Assembly (NCBI GenBank): GCA_050015075.1 | Contig: JBEKCB010000016.1 | Span: 34,939-98,938, forward strand | Direction: 5' to 3' | Length of the DNA stretch: 64,000 bases | DNA from: Candidatus Brocadiia bacterium | GTDB lineage: Bacteria; Planctomycetota; Brocadiia; CAIUPP01 | Shown: piece after piece, positions 7,227 to 16,696 of the stretch | Numbering within the stretch: position 1 is the stretch's first letter | How the letters are laid out: each line of letters opens with the position of its first letter | Position numbers and translations under genes: made by a program | Notes under the pieces: generated by a model | Told to the model about the DNA's origin: nothing | What the model saw: only the letters and a program-made list of their open reading frames with translations | The model's database searches: none

Positions 7227-9284
7227 TCACTCGTCGAGCGTCACCGTCGCGCGTCCCTCAAGCCGCATTGCCGGGACCAGTTCGTCGTACGCCAGCACCG
7301 GCAACTCGGGGACCGCGTGCTGCACCATGCGCCGGACGTGCCGGCGGATGGGGCTGGAAGTCAGCAAGACCGCCTCGAACCCGCCGGCGACCGTGTCGCG
7401 GACCGCGGCGGCGACCTTGTGGATCAGTTGTTCCGCACGGCTCGGTTCGAGAATGACCGCTGCGCCGCTGCCGCCTTCGTGGATGCACTGCGCGATGAGC
7501 CGTTCCAGCGACGGGTCGAGCGTGATGGCGCCGACGTTGCCGCGGCTCTCGACCGTCGCACAGATCGTCCGCGCGATGGACTTGCGCACCAGCTCGGTGA
7601 GCTGCACCGGGTCCTTGGTCGTGGCGGCATGGTCGGCGATCGCTTCGAGTATGCCGCCGAGATCGGTGATCGGAATTCCCTCGGCGAGCAGGTTTTGCAG
7701 GACTTTCTGCACGCCGCCGAGCCCGATGACGGCCGGCGTGAGTTCCTCGATCACGGTCGGATAGACCTCTTTCAGGCCGTCCACCAGCGTCTTGACGTCA
7801 TCGCGGCTGAGGATTTCCGGCGCCTGCTTGCGAATGATTTCGGTGAGGTGCGTGATGAGGACCGAGCGCGGGTCGGCCACGGTGTAGCCGGCGGCCTCGG
7901 CCTCGTCTTTCTGCGAGGGCGCAATCCAGAGCGCGGGCAGGCCGAACGCCGGCTCGCGCGTCTCCTGGCCCTTGACGGGCTTCTGGACCATGCCGGAATC
8001 AATCGCCAGCAGGTTGTTGGCCAGCAGCGTGCCGCGCGCCAGCTCGTTGCCGCGGAGGCGGACGAGGTACTCGTTCGGCTTCACCTGCAGGTTGTCGTGG
8101 ATGCGGATCGGCGGCACGATGATGCCGAGCTTCTGCGCCATCTGCTTGCGCACCGCGCGGATCTTGCGGAGCATCTCGTCGTTCTGGCTCGGGTCCAGCA
8201 GCGGGATAAGTTGATATCCGACTTCGATGGACATGCGGTCTACGCGCAGGGCCTTATGCAGCTCGGCGTTCTCGTCCATCGCCTTCGCCTGGGCGGCGGC
8301 CTTGGGCTGCGGCTTGGCGGCCTCCTCGGCGGAGCGGCGCATCGCCCAGGAAAGGCCCATGAAGAGGGCGGCAATGACCAGGAAAGGCGCCGTCGGCAGG
8401 CCGGGGATGAGCCCGAACAGCGCCATGATGCCTGCGCCGATGGCGAGCGCGCGCGGGTGCGTCAGCAGTTCGCTGCCCACGTCGCGCGCGAGGTTCGTCG
8501 AGGAGGAAGCCTTCGTCGTGATGATGCCCGACGTCGTCGCGATGATGAGCGACGGGATCTGCGTCACCAGGCCGTCGCCGACCGTCAGGATCGAATAGGT
8601 CTGGACCGCGTCGCCGATGGCCATGCCGCGGAGCTTGCCCATGATGATGCCGCCGATCAGGTTGACGGCGATGATGATCATGCCGGCCACCGCGTCGCCG
8701 CGGACGAACTTGCTCGCGCCGTCCATCGCGCCGTAGAACTCCGCCTCCTGCGCGATCTTCTGGCGGCGGTCGCGGGCCTGGTGTTCGTTGATCAGGCCCG
8801 CGTTCAAATCGGCGTCAATCGCCATCTGCTTGCCCGGCATCGCGTCCAGCGTGAACCGCGCCGCCACTTCCGAAATGCGGCCCGAGCCCTTGATGATGAC
8901 GACGAACTGGATGACGCACAGGATCAGGAACACCACCAGCCCGACCACCATATTGCCGCCGACGACGAAGTGACCGAACGCATTGATGACCTGGCCGGCG
9001 TAGCCGTTCAGCAGCACCAGCCGCGTGGAGGCCACGTTCAGCGCCAGGCGGAACAGCGTGGTGAAAAGCAGCAGAGAGGGGAAGGTCGAGAACTCCAGCG
9101 CCTTCGAGGCGCTCAGGGCCACCATCAGCAGCAGCAAGGAAACCGCGATGTTCAGGCTCAGCAGCACGTCCACCATGAAGGTGGGAATCGGCACGATCAA
9201 CACGAGCAGCACGCCGACCACGCCGAGGGCCAGCACCACGTCGCTGTTCCGCGCCAGCCTTCCCATGTTCATCTCAGGCGTCAT
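7227..9284 (-). CDS. flhA: Flagellar export gate protein FlhA
   Basis: RLALNVASTR, EVAARFTLDAMPGKQMAIDADL, FYGAMDGASKFVRGDA. Confidence 0.98.
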   Translation of the reverse strand: MTPEMNMGRLARNSDVVLALGVVGVLLVLIVPIPTFMVDVLLSLNIAVSLLLLMVALSASKALEFSTFPSLLLFTTLFRLALNVASTRLVLLNGYAGQVINAFGHFVVGGNMVVGLVVFLILCVIQFVVIIKGSGRISEVAARFTLDAMPGKQMAIDADLNAGLINEHQARDRRQKIAQEAEFYGAMDGASKFVRGDAVAGMIIIAVNLIGGIIMGKLRGMAIGDAVQTYSILTVGDGLVTQIPSLIIATTSGIITTKASSSTNLARDVGSELLTHPRALAIGAGIMALFGLIPGLPTAPFLVIAALFMGLSWAMRRSAEEAAKPQPKAAAQAKAMDENAELHKALRVDRMSIEVGYQLIPLLDPSQNDEMLRKIRAVRKQMAQKLGIIVPPIRIHDNLQVKPNEYLVRLRGNELARGTLLANNLLAIDSGMVQKPVKGQETREPAFGLPALWIAPSQKDEAEAAGYTVADPRSVLITHLTEIIRKQAPEILSRDDVKTLVDGLKEVYPTVIEELTPAVIGLGGVQKVLQNLLAEGIPITDLGGILEAIADHAATTKDPVQLTELVRKSIARTICATVESRGNVGAITLDPSLERLIAQCIHEGGSGAAVILEPSRAEQLIHKVAAAVRDTVAGGFEAVLLTSSPIRRHVRRMVQHAVPELPVLAYDELVPAMRLEGRATVTLDE

Positions 9285-9322
9285 CGTTCACCTCCGCAGA
9301 AAGAGCGTTGTCCAAACCGTCC

Positions 9323-10387
9323 TCAGCGCGCGCCCGGCGGATTCTGTCCGCGCAGCTTGTACACGTGCAGCAGCAGCCGGGCCACGGCGCGGTACAGTTT
9401 CTCCGGGATCACTTCACCCACTTCAACCGTCTTGTAGAGCGCCTGGGCCAGCGGCGCGTCGCGGACCGTGTGGACGCGGTGTTCGCGGGCCAGCTCGACG
9501 ATGCGCAACGCCAGGTAATCGGCGCCCTTCGCCAGGACGATGGGAGCGGAGGCCTTGGCCGGGTCGTACTTCAGCGCCACGGCGTAGTGCGTCGGGTTGC
9601 GGACGACCACGTCGGCCTTTTTCACGTTGCGGAGCATGCGGCTTCGCGACAGGGTGATCTGCATGCGCCGGATGCGCGCCTCGACCTCGGGGTTTCCTTC
9701 CAGGAGCTTCTGCTCCTCCTTCACCTCGTCCTTGCTCATGCGCAGGTCGCGCTCGTACTGCCAGCGCTGATAACCGTAGTCGGCCGCGGCGATGAGCGCG
9801 AGCAGAATCCCCACCCGCAGGCCAAGGTCCAGCGTCGCCATGCACAGCGTGCTGAACATGATCGCCGGCGTGGCATGGTGCAGGCCGAGAATGCCCGGAA
9901 GGTGCGAGCGGATCGTCAGGTACCCGATGCCGAGAATGGCGATAATCTTCAAGGACGATACGATCAAGTGCGTGACGGAGCGTAATGAGAAAAGCCGCGT
10001 CATGCCGTTGATCGGGTCGAGTCTTTCGAGGTTGATTTCCAACACGTCGCCCGTAATCTGCAGGCCGACCTGCCCATAGCCGGCGAAGGCCGAGACCGCG
10101 GCCATGCAGATCAGGACGGGCGCCACGGGGACCAGGACGCTGATCATGATACCGGTGAGCAACTGCGTCGCGGAGCTGACGTTGAATTCCGGATGGACCA
10201 GCCCGCCGAAACTGCGGCGGTAGACGCCCATCAGCGCTTCCATCAGGCTGGGGCCGGCCGCCCAGAGGATCAGCATGGATCCGAGCAGCACGGCGGCGTG
10301 CTCGATCTCCGCGCTCCGCGCCACCTTGCCCTTCTTGCGGGCCTCACTGCGCCGGCGCGGTGTTGCGGGTTCGGTCTTATTGTCCAT
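9323..10387 (-). CDS. flhB: Flagellar export protein FlhB
   Basis: KTEPATPRR start, EGNPEV, NPTH autocleavage motif. Confidence 0.98.
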   Translation of the reverse strand: MDNKTEPATPRRRSEARKKGKVARSAEIEHAAVLLGSMLILWAAGPSLMEALMGVYRRSFGGLVHPEFNVSSATQLLTGIMISVLVPVAPVLICMAAVSAFAGYGQVGLQITGDVLEINLERLDPINGMTRLFSLRSVTHLIVSSLKIIAILGIGYLTIRSHLPGILGLHHATPAIMFSTLCMATLDLGLRVGILLALIAAADYGYQRWQYERDLRMSKDEVKEEQKLLEGNPEVEARIRRMQITLSRSRMLRNVKKADVVVRNPTHYAVALKYDPAKASAPIVLAKGADYLALRIVELAREHRVHTVRDAPLAQALYKTVEVGEVIPEKLYRAVARLLLHVYKLRGQNPPGAR

Positions 10388-10398
10388 GCCTCATCCGT

Positions 10399-11196
10399 TC
10401 ACAAAGCGCGCGACAGGGCGATCAGTTGCGTGTGCAGATCGCTGAAGGCGTCGTGCATCACCGGCCAGGTCAGCGGGAACGTCAGCGCCAGGGCCAGCAC
10501 GCCGACGAACACCTTGACCGGATACCCGACGACCAGGATGTTCATCTGCGGCACGGCCTTGGCCATCAGCGCGAGCATCACGTTCACCAGGAACATGATT
10601 CCCATCAGCGGCGCGACGCCGCGCAAGGCGTAGAGGAACAGGTTGGAGAAACTGGTCTGCATGGCCGCGGCGATCGCGGGCGAGAAATGCACCTGGCCCA
10701 GCGGGATATCGCGATAACTGATCGCCAGCGCCTGGATGAACCAGTGGTGGCCGTCCACCGCCAGGAAGACGAGCAGACAGAAGATGTCGAAGAAGGTGGA
10801 AATCTCGTCGGCGGTGTCCTCTTCGTCGGGCAGCGACACGTCGCTCATGCCCAGCCCGATCGTCTGCGCCGCCAGGCTGCCTGCGGCGCGCATCGCGCCC
10901 AGCACCAGGCCGCCGGCGAATCCCATGAGCAGGCCGAGACCGAGTTCCCGCAGAACCAGCGGCGCGTAGCCGAGCACGCCCGCCGGCAGGACGCCCGCGT
11001 GCTGCGCCGCGAGCGGATACATGATCAGCGACAACAGGCATGTCAGGCCCACCTTCACCCGGTCGGGAATCTCGACGCTGCTGAGGATCGGCGCGGTCAG
11101 CATGATGCCGCTCGCACGGCACAGCACCAGCACAAAGACCGGCAGGTTGAGCGCCATACCCAGCAAGTCGTTCACGAGGCCGTTCCTTTGCGCCAT
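10399..11196 (-). CDS. fliR: Flagellar export protein FliR
   Basis: Multi-TM protein, DGHHWF, KAVPQMNILVVGYP. Confidence 0.95.
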   Translation of the reverse strand: MAQRNGLVNDLLGMALNLPVFVLVLCRASGIMLTAPILSSVEIPDRVKVGLTCLLSLIMYPLAAQHAGVLPAGVLGYAPLVLRELGLGLLMGFAGGLVLGAMRAAGSLAAQTIGLGMSDVSLPDEEDTADEISTFFDIFCLLVFLAVDGHHWFIQALAISYRDIPLGQVHFSPAIAAAMQTSFSNLFLYALRGVAPLMGIMFLVNVMLALMAKAVPQMNILVVGYPVKVFVGVLALALTFPLTWPVMHDAFSDLHTQLIALSRAL

Positions 11197-11220
11197 CCCC
11201 GCGTCCGGGCGGGACGGCGC

Positions 11221-11490
11221 TCACATGGAAAGTTTCGCCAGGTTCGACAGGAGCGTTGTGGTGTACTGGCAGATCGTCTGGAGCATCCAGGGCATCAGCA
11301 GCGCCAGGGTGATCAGGACGGCGCCCACCTTCGCGACGAAGGTCAGCGTCTGCTCCTGAACGCTCGTGATCGTCTGAACCACGCTGACCAGAAGGCCGAC
11401 GACGACCGCCACCAGCAGCAGCGGCGCCGTGAGCATCGCCGTGACGGCCAGCGTGTCGCGCCCGAGTTGCATAATCGTCTGTTCGTTCAT
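11221..11490 (-). CDS. fliQ: Flagellar export protein FliQ
   Basis: QTITSVQEQTLTFVAK, PWML. Confidence 0.96.
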   Translation of the reverse strand: MNEQTIMQLGRDTLAVTAMLTAPLLLVAVVVGLLVSVVQTITSVQEQTLTFVAKVGAVLITLALLMPWMLQTICQYTTTLLSNLAKLSM

Positions 11491-11499
11491 GGGCCTGTC

Positions 11500-12345
11500 C
11501 TACGAGAAGCTCTGCGCGAGTGAGCCGATCACCAGATGCCAGCCGTCCACGAGCACGAATAGCAATATCTTCAAGGGAACCGAGACCGTCGCCGGCGGCA
11601 GCATGAACATGCCCATCGAGGTCAGCAGCGTGGCGACGACCATATCCACGACCAGCATGGGCAGATAAATGATGAAGCCCATCTGGAAAGAGGTCTTGAT
11701 TTCGCTCAGCGCAAAAGCCGGCAGCAGGACGTGCGTGGGCACATCGTCGCGCGTCCGGGGCTTCGCCATCTTGGCCACGCGCAGGAAAAGCGCCAGGTCC
11801 TTATTCCGGGTCTGCTTGAACATGAACTCGCGCAGCGGTCCCAGGGCTTTCTCGAACGCCTGCATGTCCGTGATTTCGCCCCGGACGTCGGGCTGAATCG
11901 CGACTTCGTTGATCTTGCTGAACACCGGGGCCATGACGAAGAGCGTCAGGAACAGCGAGATGCCGATGAGGATCTGGTTCGGCGGCAGACCCTGCACCGC
12001 CAGCGCGCGACGGACGAACGACAAAACGATGACAATCCGCGTGAACGCCGTCATCGTGAGCAGCAACGACGGGACGAGCGTCAGGACGGACAGGACCAGA
12101 ACGATTTTCATCAAGTCCGAAAGCTGCGCGCTGCCGGTGCCCGTGTTCAGGTTCAGATTGAACTTGACGTCCGCCGGCGCCGCCGCTGCCGGGACCGTAG
12201 TCGCGGTGGCCGGCGCGGTCTGCGCGCCGCACGGCGCCGCCGCCAGCGCCGCCAGAATCAACAGCGCGCCGCACAGGCGTTTCGCGGCATCCAGCCGCAG
12301 CAGGGACCTCCGCCGACCCGCAGGTTTCGAAGGCAGGATCATCAT
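11500..12345 (-). CDS. fliP: Flagellar export protein FliP
   Basis: MTAFTRIVIV, PPNQILIG, MGMFMLPP, LFVLVDGW. ATG lies just after the fliO stop. Confidence 0.97.
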   Translation of the reverse strand: MMILPSKPAGRRRSLLRLDAAKRLCGALLILAALAAAPCGAQTAPATATTVPAAAAPADVKFNLNLNTGTGSAQLSDLMKIVLVLSVLTLVPSLLLTMTAFTRIVIVLSFVRRALAVQGLPPNQILIGISLFLTLFVMAPVFSKINEVAIQPDVRGEITDMQAFEKALGPLREFMFKQTRNKDLALFLRVAKMAKPRTRDDVPTHVLLPAFALSEIKTSFQMGFIIYLPMLVVDMVVATLLTSMGMFMLPPATVSVPLKILLFVLVDGWHLVIGSLAQSFS

Positions 12346-12346
12346 C

Positions 12347-12943
12347 TCAGTTGGCGCTCCTCTTCTGCGTCCCGGCGGCTGCGTCGGCCGTTGCAGCGCC
12401 CGCCAGCAGGGCGGCGAAATCCCTCGGCGCGCTTTCATCGCCGGGAAGCGTGACTTCCATGAGGACGTTGATCTCTTTCTCCGTGACGCCGATCACCAGG
12501 TAACGCCCGCAGGCGTTCAGGAGGCAGAGATGAGTCTTGGCGCCGAGCGAGATTTTCTCCACGATGCGCAGCGGTTTCTCGGTTCCGCCGCGAGCGAACT
12601 TCAGCGTGCGGCCGGCGAGGCGCTTGAAGAGGACCAGGCCGCCGAGCAGCAGCGCGCCGATGAGCACCAGGGCGCCGACCAGGCGCGCCAGCGTGACGCC
12701 CACGTGGGGCACCGCCGAGCCGGTCGTATCGGCAGCGCCTTCGGGCGCGTCCATGAACGACGTCTCCGGCTTGGCGGCCGGGACCGCGGCGGAACTGGAC
12801 GCCGTGTCCGCGGCGGAGCCGGCGGTCGCGGCCACGGTCGAGGCCGTCCCGGGATCTGCCGCGGCGACCGCCCCGGCGCACAGCAACACGGCGACCGTCA
12901 TCGCGACAGGCAGCCATCGGCACTCGGCAGCGATGCGTTTCAC
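12347..12943 (-). CDS. fliO: FliO/FliZ family protein with N-terminal extension
   Basis: TM followed by LRIVEKISLGAKTHLCLL...VIGVTEKEINVL. GTG start after AAGGAG; lies between fliN and fliP. Confidence 0.88.
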   Translation of the reverse strand: MKRIAAECRWLPVAMTVAVLLCAGAVAAADPGTASTVAATAGSAADTASSSAAVPAAKPETSFMDAPEGAADTTGSAVPHVGVTLARLVGALVLIGALLLGGLVLFKRLAGRTLKFARGGTEKPLRIVEKISLGAKTHLCLLNACGRYLVIGVTEKEINVLMEVTLPGDESAPRDFAALLAGAATADAAAGTQKRSAN

Positions 12944-13002
12944 TTTCGGCGCTCCTTCCGTTGTTCTTCGCCGGCGAATCGGCGGATAAATCGGCAATCG
13001 CC

Positions 13003-13410
13003 TTATTTCTCGTTGTCGTTGCGGCTTACGATCTTCGTCACGCGGATTCCGAAACTTTCGTCCACGATGACCACTTCGCCCTGGGCGAAGAGTTGGCCGC
13101 GGACGAAAAGGTCCACCGGCTCGCCGGCTAGCTTGTCGAGCGCGACCACCGAGCCGGGCGTCAGCCGGAGGATTTCGCGGATTCGCATTTCCGTGGATCC
13201 GAGTTGCGCGACGACCGGCACCGACACGTCCATGAGCAGGTCCATATTCCCGGCCTCGCCCGCCGCCGAGGCGGGACTCAACGGCGCCAGGTCGTGCGGC
13301 CGCACGGCCGCCTTGGGGCGCTCATAGCCGGGCGCTGCGGGCGCCGTCTTCGGAGCGGCGGCCGCCGTGTCATTCGCGCTCTGAGGTTGTCCTGCGGTTT
13401 CCGATGCCAT
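13003..13410 (-). CDS. fliN: Motor switch protein FliN
   Basis: SPOA domain NMDLLMDVSV...LDKLAGEPVD...GEVVIVDESFGIRVT. Confidence 0.95.
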   Translation of the reverse strand: MASETAGQPQSANDTAAAAPKTAPAAPGYERPKAAVRPHDLAPLSPASAAGEAGNMDLLMDVSVPVVAQLGSTEMRIREILRLTPGSVVALDKLAGEPVDLFVRGQLFAQGEVVIVDESFGIRVTKIVSRNDNEK

Positions 13411-13437
13411 CGCCTGTTCCTCCATGAAAATGACCTG

Positions 13438-14475
13438 TCAGCCGTCTGTGGATGACTTTTCCAACCGTTCCACGATCTGCACAGCCTTGACGCGGCCGCG
13501 AAGTCCCATCCGCGCCAGGAATGCCGGCCTTCCGCCGATGGAGAGGAGCACGGGCCCTTCGGCCGGCTGGTCGAGGCGGACGATGTCGCCCGCGCCGAGC
13601 TTCAGCAGGTTGCGCAGCGGCACCTCGGCGACGCCGACCGTGATCGTGATCGGCAGGCTGGCTTGCTCGAGCGTGAAGTTCAGCGCGGCGCGGATGGCGG
13701 CGGCCTTCTCGGGGCCCGGGCGCACAGCCATGCGGGTGGAGTCGCCGCCGACCATCGCCTTCAGGCCGCCGACGGGGACGCAAAGCTGAATCCGTCCCTC
13801 GCCCAAGTCGCCCTTCAGCACGAGCGCCGCGGTGAGCACCGGCTCGCCGGTGCTGACGAACTGCACCTGGTCGAACTCCGGCCGGCGGTCCACCGCCGCC
13901 ATCTTCACAGGGCAGAAGTCTTTCCATCCTTCTCGGAAACAACGGAGGATCACCTCAATCACCCCTTCCGCGGCGGCCTGGTCAATCGAGGTGAGCGGGC
14001 GCGGCGCCGGCGGCGTCTTGGAGCGGCCGCCGAGGATCCGGTCCACGAAGGCCAGGCATAGCTGCGAGTCGAGCATCAGCAGTCCTCGGTCCTGCAGCGG
14101 CGCCAGGTCGAGCAGCACCGTGTAGGTGTGTTCGGGAATGCTCTCGGCCAGGAGCCCGAACGCGAGTTCCTCGCTGCTCTCCATCCGCACGTCCACGTCG
14201 GCGCCCACGAAACGGGTCAGCCGTTCCTGGATCAGGTCGGCCACGCCGGAGTGGATGCGGTTGAGGTTCTTCATCTGCTCGGCGGAGAGGTACTTCGGCC
14301 GGCGGAAGTCGTACGCGCGGACAGCCTTCTTCAAGGCCGACGGCCGATCCGCCTTCGCAGGCTTATCCTCCGCGGCCTGGGCGGCGGTGGAAACTGCGGC
14401 GGACGGGTTGCCGGCGGCCGAACCGCCCGCCGGCGCCTGGACTTCGGTCTTCACTTCCTGGGTCGTCTCGGTCAT
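13438..14475 (-). CDS. fliM: Motor switch protein FliM lacking the N-terminal CheY-binding motif
   Basis: YDFRRP, DRILGG, LTSIDQ, C-terminal SPOA domain. Start MTETTQ after an RBS. Confidence 0.93.
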   Translation of the reverse strand: MTETTQEVKTEVQAPAGGSAAGNPSAAVSTAAQAAEDKPAKADRPSALKKAVRAYDFRRPKYLSAEQMKNLNRIHSGVADLIQERLTRFVGADVDVRMESSEELAFGLLAESIPEHTYTVLLDLAPLQDRGLLMLDSQLCLAFVDRILGGRSKTPPAPRPLTSIDQAAAEGVIEVILRCFREGWKDFCPVKMAAVDRRPEFDQVQFVSTGEPVLTAALVLKGDLGEGRIQLCVPVGGLKAMVGGDSTRMAVRPGPEKAAAIRAALNFTLEQASLPITITVGVAEVPLRNLLKLGAGDIVRLDQPAEGPVLLSIGGRPAFLARMGLRGRVKAVQIVERLEKSSTDG

Positions 14476-14507
14476 TTCTTTACCCTGCAATTCCAACTGA
14501 AGCCGGT

Positions 14508-15104
14508 TTACTGAACCACGAACTGGGTGAAATACACGCGCGTGATGCCCTGGTCCAGATCGAGTTTGGTGTTGGCCGTCTCCTGGATCTCCCGGCCGAG
14601 CACGTTGCCCGCGTCCGGGTCGTCGAGTTGATCGAGCGTCTTGCCTTTGAGGATTCCGATGAGGATGTGTTGCAGTTCCGCCTGATTGGTCTTGACCTTC
14701 TCCAGCATCGCGGCTCCCGTCAGGACGAACACCGGTTTGACGGAAAGGTAGCGGCGTTCCTGGGTCTGGTAGACGTTGACGACCAGCGGGTTGTCTATCG
14801 TGTACTCGCAAGGTTTCTGTTCCTTCTCGCCGGCAGCGGTCTTTTCGGCCGGCTTGGTTGTTTCAGCCTCGGCAGGAGCAGGCGCGTTGCGCAGGAGCAG
14901 CGAGGCCACCACCAGCGCCGCGCTCGCGGAGCCGATGACCATTCCGACCAGCAGGGCCACCCCCAGCAGCGGCGAGGGACCCGCCTTGGCCGTTTTCTCG
15001 CCCGGCGTCTTGGCTTCCCCGGCGGCTGCGGGCGCGCGGGCCGGTTTTTCCGCGGTCGCCTCGGCCTGCGGAGCGTCGTTCTTTTTCTCGTTGTTCTCAG
15101 CCAT
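14508..15104 (-). CDS. fliL: Flagellar basal body-associated protein FliL
   Basis: Single TM, VVNV...RYL, C-terminal VYFTQFVVQ. Confidence 0.92.
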   Translation of the reverse strand: MAENNEKKNDAPQAEATAEKPARAPAAAGEAKTPGEKTAKAGPSPLLGVALLVGMVIGSASAALVVASLLLRNAPAPAEAETTKPAEKTAAGEKEQKPCEYTIDNPLVVNVYQTQERRYLSVKPVFVLTGAAMLEKVKTNQAELQHILIGILKGKTLDQLDDPDAGNVLGREIQETANTKLDLDQGITRVYFTQFVVQ

Positions 15105-15119
15105 GCCTGGACTCCATTT

Positions 15120-15920
15120 CTAGCGGACCACTTCGTACTGTGTCACCGGTTTCTTGCGCAGCGGCTCGGCCTCCGGAAGCGGCGACGTGCCGTAGACAAC
15201 CTTGGGACGCATGACGAGCGTCACGGAAGCTTCGGCGGCCCTGCCCTTGGGATCGGGCATGGCGACGCGGCCGATCGCCACGAGACGATCAGCCGGAATT
15301 TTCTCGGTCACCGCCAGGTGTCGCCCGATCAACAGCGCCCACTCGGCGGCGCGGCGCAGCACTTCGTCCGGCGGCTGGGCGGAGTTTTCCACCGGCAGCG
15401 TCGCGCACACCATGACGGTGTGGTCGGTTTGGCGAATCAGGCGCGCGGCCGCAGCCAGTTGGGCGCGAGCCGGCTCGTTGAGCGGCTCCGGGCGCCCCGT
15501 CTCGAGACCGGCGGGCAGGCTCAGCGGCAGCGGCAGGACGACGTCGTTGACGGACTTCACCAGGTGGCTCAGCGCCTGCTTCAGGTCGCGATCGGGCATT
15601 TCGATCAGCCGGCCGGTGTAGACCTCGCCCTGCCCTTCCGGCGTATCTTCCGGGAGGAACTTGTCGCCCCAGGCGAAGAAGTCGGCCACGCGCCGTGCGC
15701 CGCGCAACAGGCCGGGCGTGCCATGGTCGGTGAATCCCTGCCTGAACAGCCCGCTGCCGGGACCGGCGTAGCCGAGATTGCGCGCCGAACTCATGCTCGC
15801 CCCGTTCACCGTTAAAATGATGAAGAAAGTCATCAGGATCGTCGTCAGGGTCGAAAAGCCCACGTACCAGCGCGGCGCGCCATGCGGTTCGTGCTCATGG
15901 ATTTTAATTCCTCGGCTCAC
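15120..15920 (-). CDS. motB: MotB-like stator protein 2 (no ion-binding Asp)
   Basis: APRWYVGFSTLTTILMTFFIIL aligns with the MotB TM motif, followed by a degenerate OmpA-like C-terminus. GTG start overlaps the motB1 stop (GTGA). Confidence 0.75.
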   Translation of the reverse strand: MSRGIKIHEHEPHGAPRWYVGFSTLTTILMTFFIILTVNGASMSSARNLGYAGPGSGLFRQGFTDHGTPGLLRGARRVADFFAWGDKFLPEDTPEGQGEVYTGRLIEMPDRDLKQALSHLVKSVNDVVLPLPLSLPAGLETGRPEPLNEPARAQLAAAARLIRQTDHTVMVCATLPVENSAQPPDEVLRRAAEWALLIGRHLAVTEKIPADRLVAIGRVAMPDPKGRAAEASVTLVMRPKVVYGTSPLPEAEPLRKKPVTQYEVVR

Positions 15921-16660
15921 AGCGCATTCTTCCTTGAAATCGGGAGCACGGTAATCGTCACCTGCGAGCGCCGGTCCGGCGTCCACGCCGCGGCATGCGG
16001 CAGCACCGTGGTTGCGACGGAGAGTTGCTCCATCGGCAGCCGCGCTTTGGCGTGCAGGAAGTTGCAGACGACGGAGGCACGCTTGAGCGCCAGGGATTCC
16101 TCGTTTCCGAAGTTCTCGTCCGGCACGAACAGGTCGTCGGCGTACGCCTGAACGCGCACCTGGTGCGGCAGGCTGCGGCAGGCATCGGCGATGACGTTCA
16201 GTATCCGGTTATCCTCGGCCCCGCCCTTGAGCTCGGCGGAGTTGTCCTCGAAGAGCGTGCCGCAGAGGACCTCGATTTCAAATCCCTTCTCCGTCAGCTT
16301 GTACTGCAGCGCATTCGAAAGGACCGAGGCGCGCACCCGCACGTCGAGCCCTTGATAGACGGTGTTCAGGTTCCCCGTTTGGTCGCCGGAGAGAGTCTCA
16401 TATCCGCTCATCTGGACACGGCCGCCGGCGGTATCGGGGTGCGCAATGACGCTGTCGTTGTCAATGAGCGATGTTCCCGCCACGCCCGCGCCTCCACCGA
16501 GCAAGCCCGGCCCCTTGCCGTAAGTGCCCTTGCCGGTTCCCGAGAACCCGGCCAGCAGGACGAAGAAGCACAGCAGCACCACGCGCATGTCGGAGAACGT
16601 CACCATCCAATGCGGGACCAGGGGCGGATGCGACTTGCCCATCACGATCTTTTTGCTCAT
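15917..16660 (-). CDS. motB: MotB stator protein 1
   Basis: PHWMVTFSDMRVVLLCFFVLL with the conserved Asp; OmpA-like domain (LFEDNSAEL, YADD, LALKRASVV). Confidence 0.9.
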   Translation of the reverse strand: MSKKIVMGKSHPPLVPHWMVTFSDMRVVLLCFFVLLAGFSGTGKGTYGKGPGLLGGGAGVAGTSLIDNDSVIAHPDTAGGRVQMSGYETLSGDQTGNLNTVYQGLDVRVRASVLSNALQYKLTEKGFEIEVLCGTLFEDNSAELKGGAEDNRILNVIADACRSLPHQVRVQAYADDLFVPDENFGNEESLALKRASVVCNFLHAKARLPMEQLSVATTVLPHAAAWTPDRRSQVTITVLPISRKNAL

Positions 16661-16696
16661 CCGGTTTCTTCACCTTTCATTCGCGGTCCGGATTGA

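Noticed and set aside
7317-9437. 706-aa plus-strand ORF
   Set aside because: Antisense shadow of flhA.
14476-14811. N-terminal extension of FliM that might hold the CheY motif
   Set aside because: It overlaps fliL in another frame, is Arg/Gly-rich noise and contains no LSQxEID motif.
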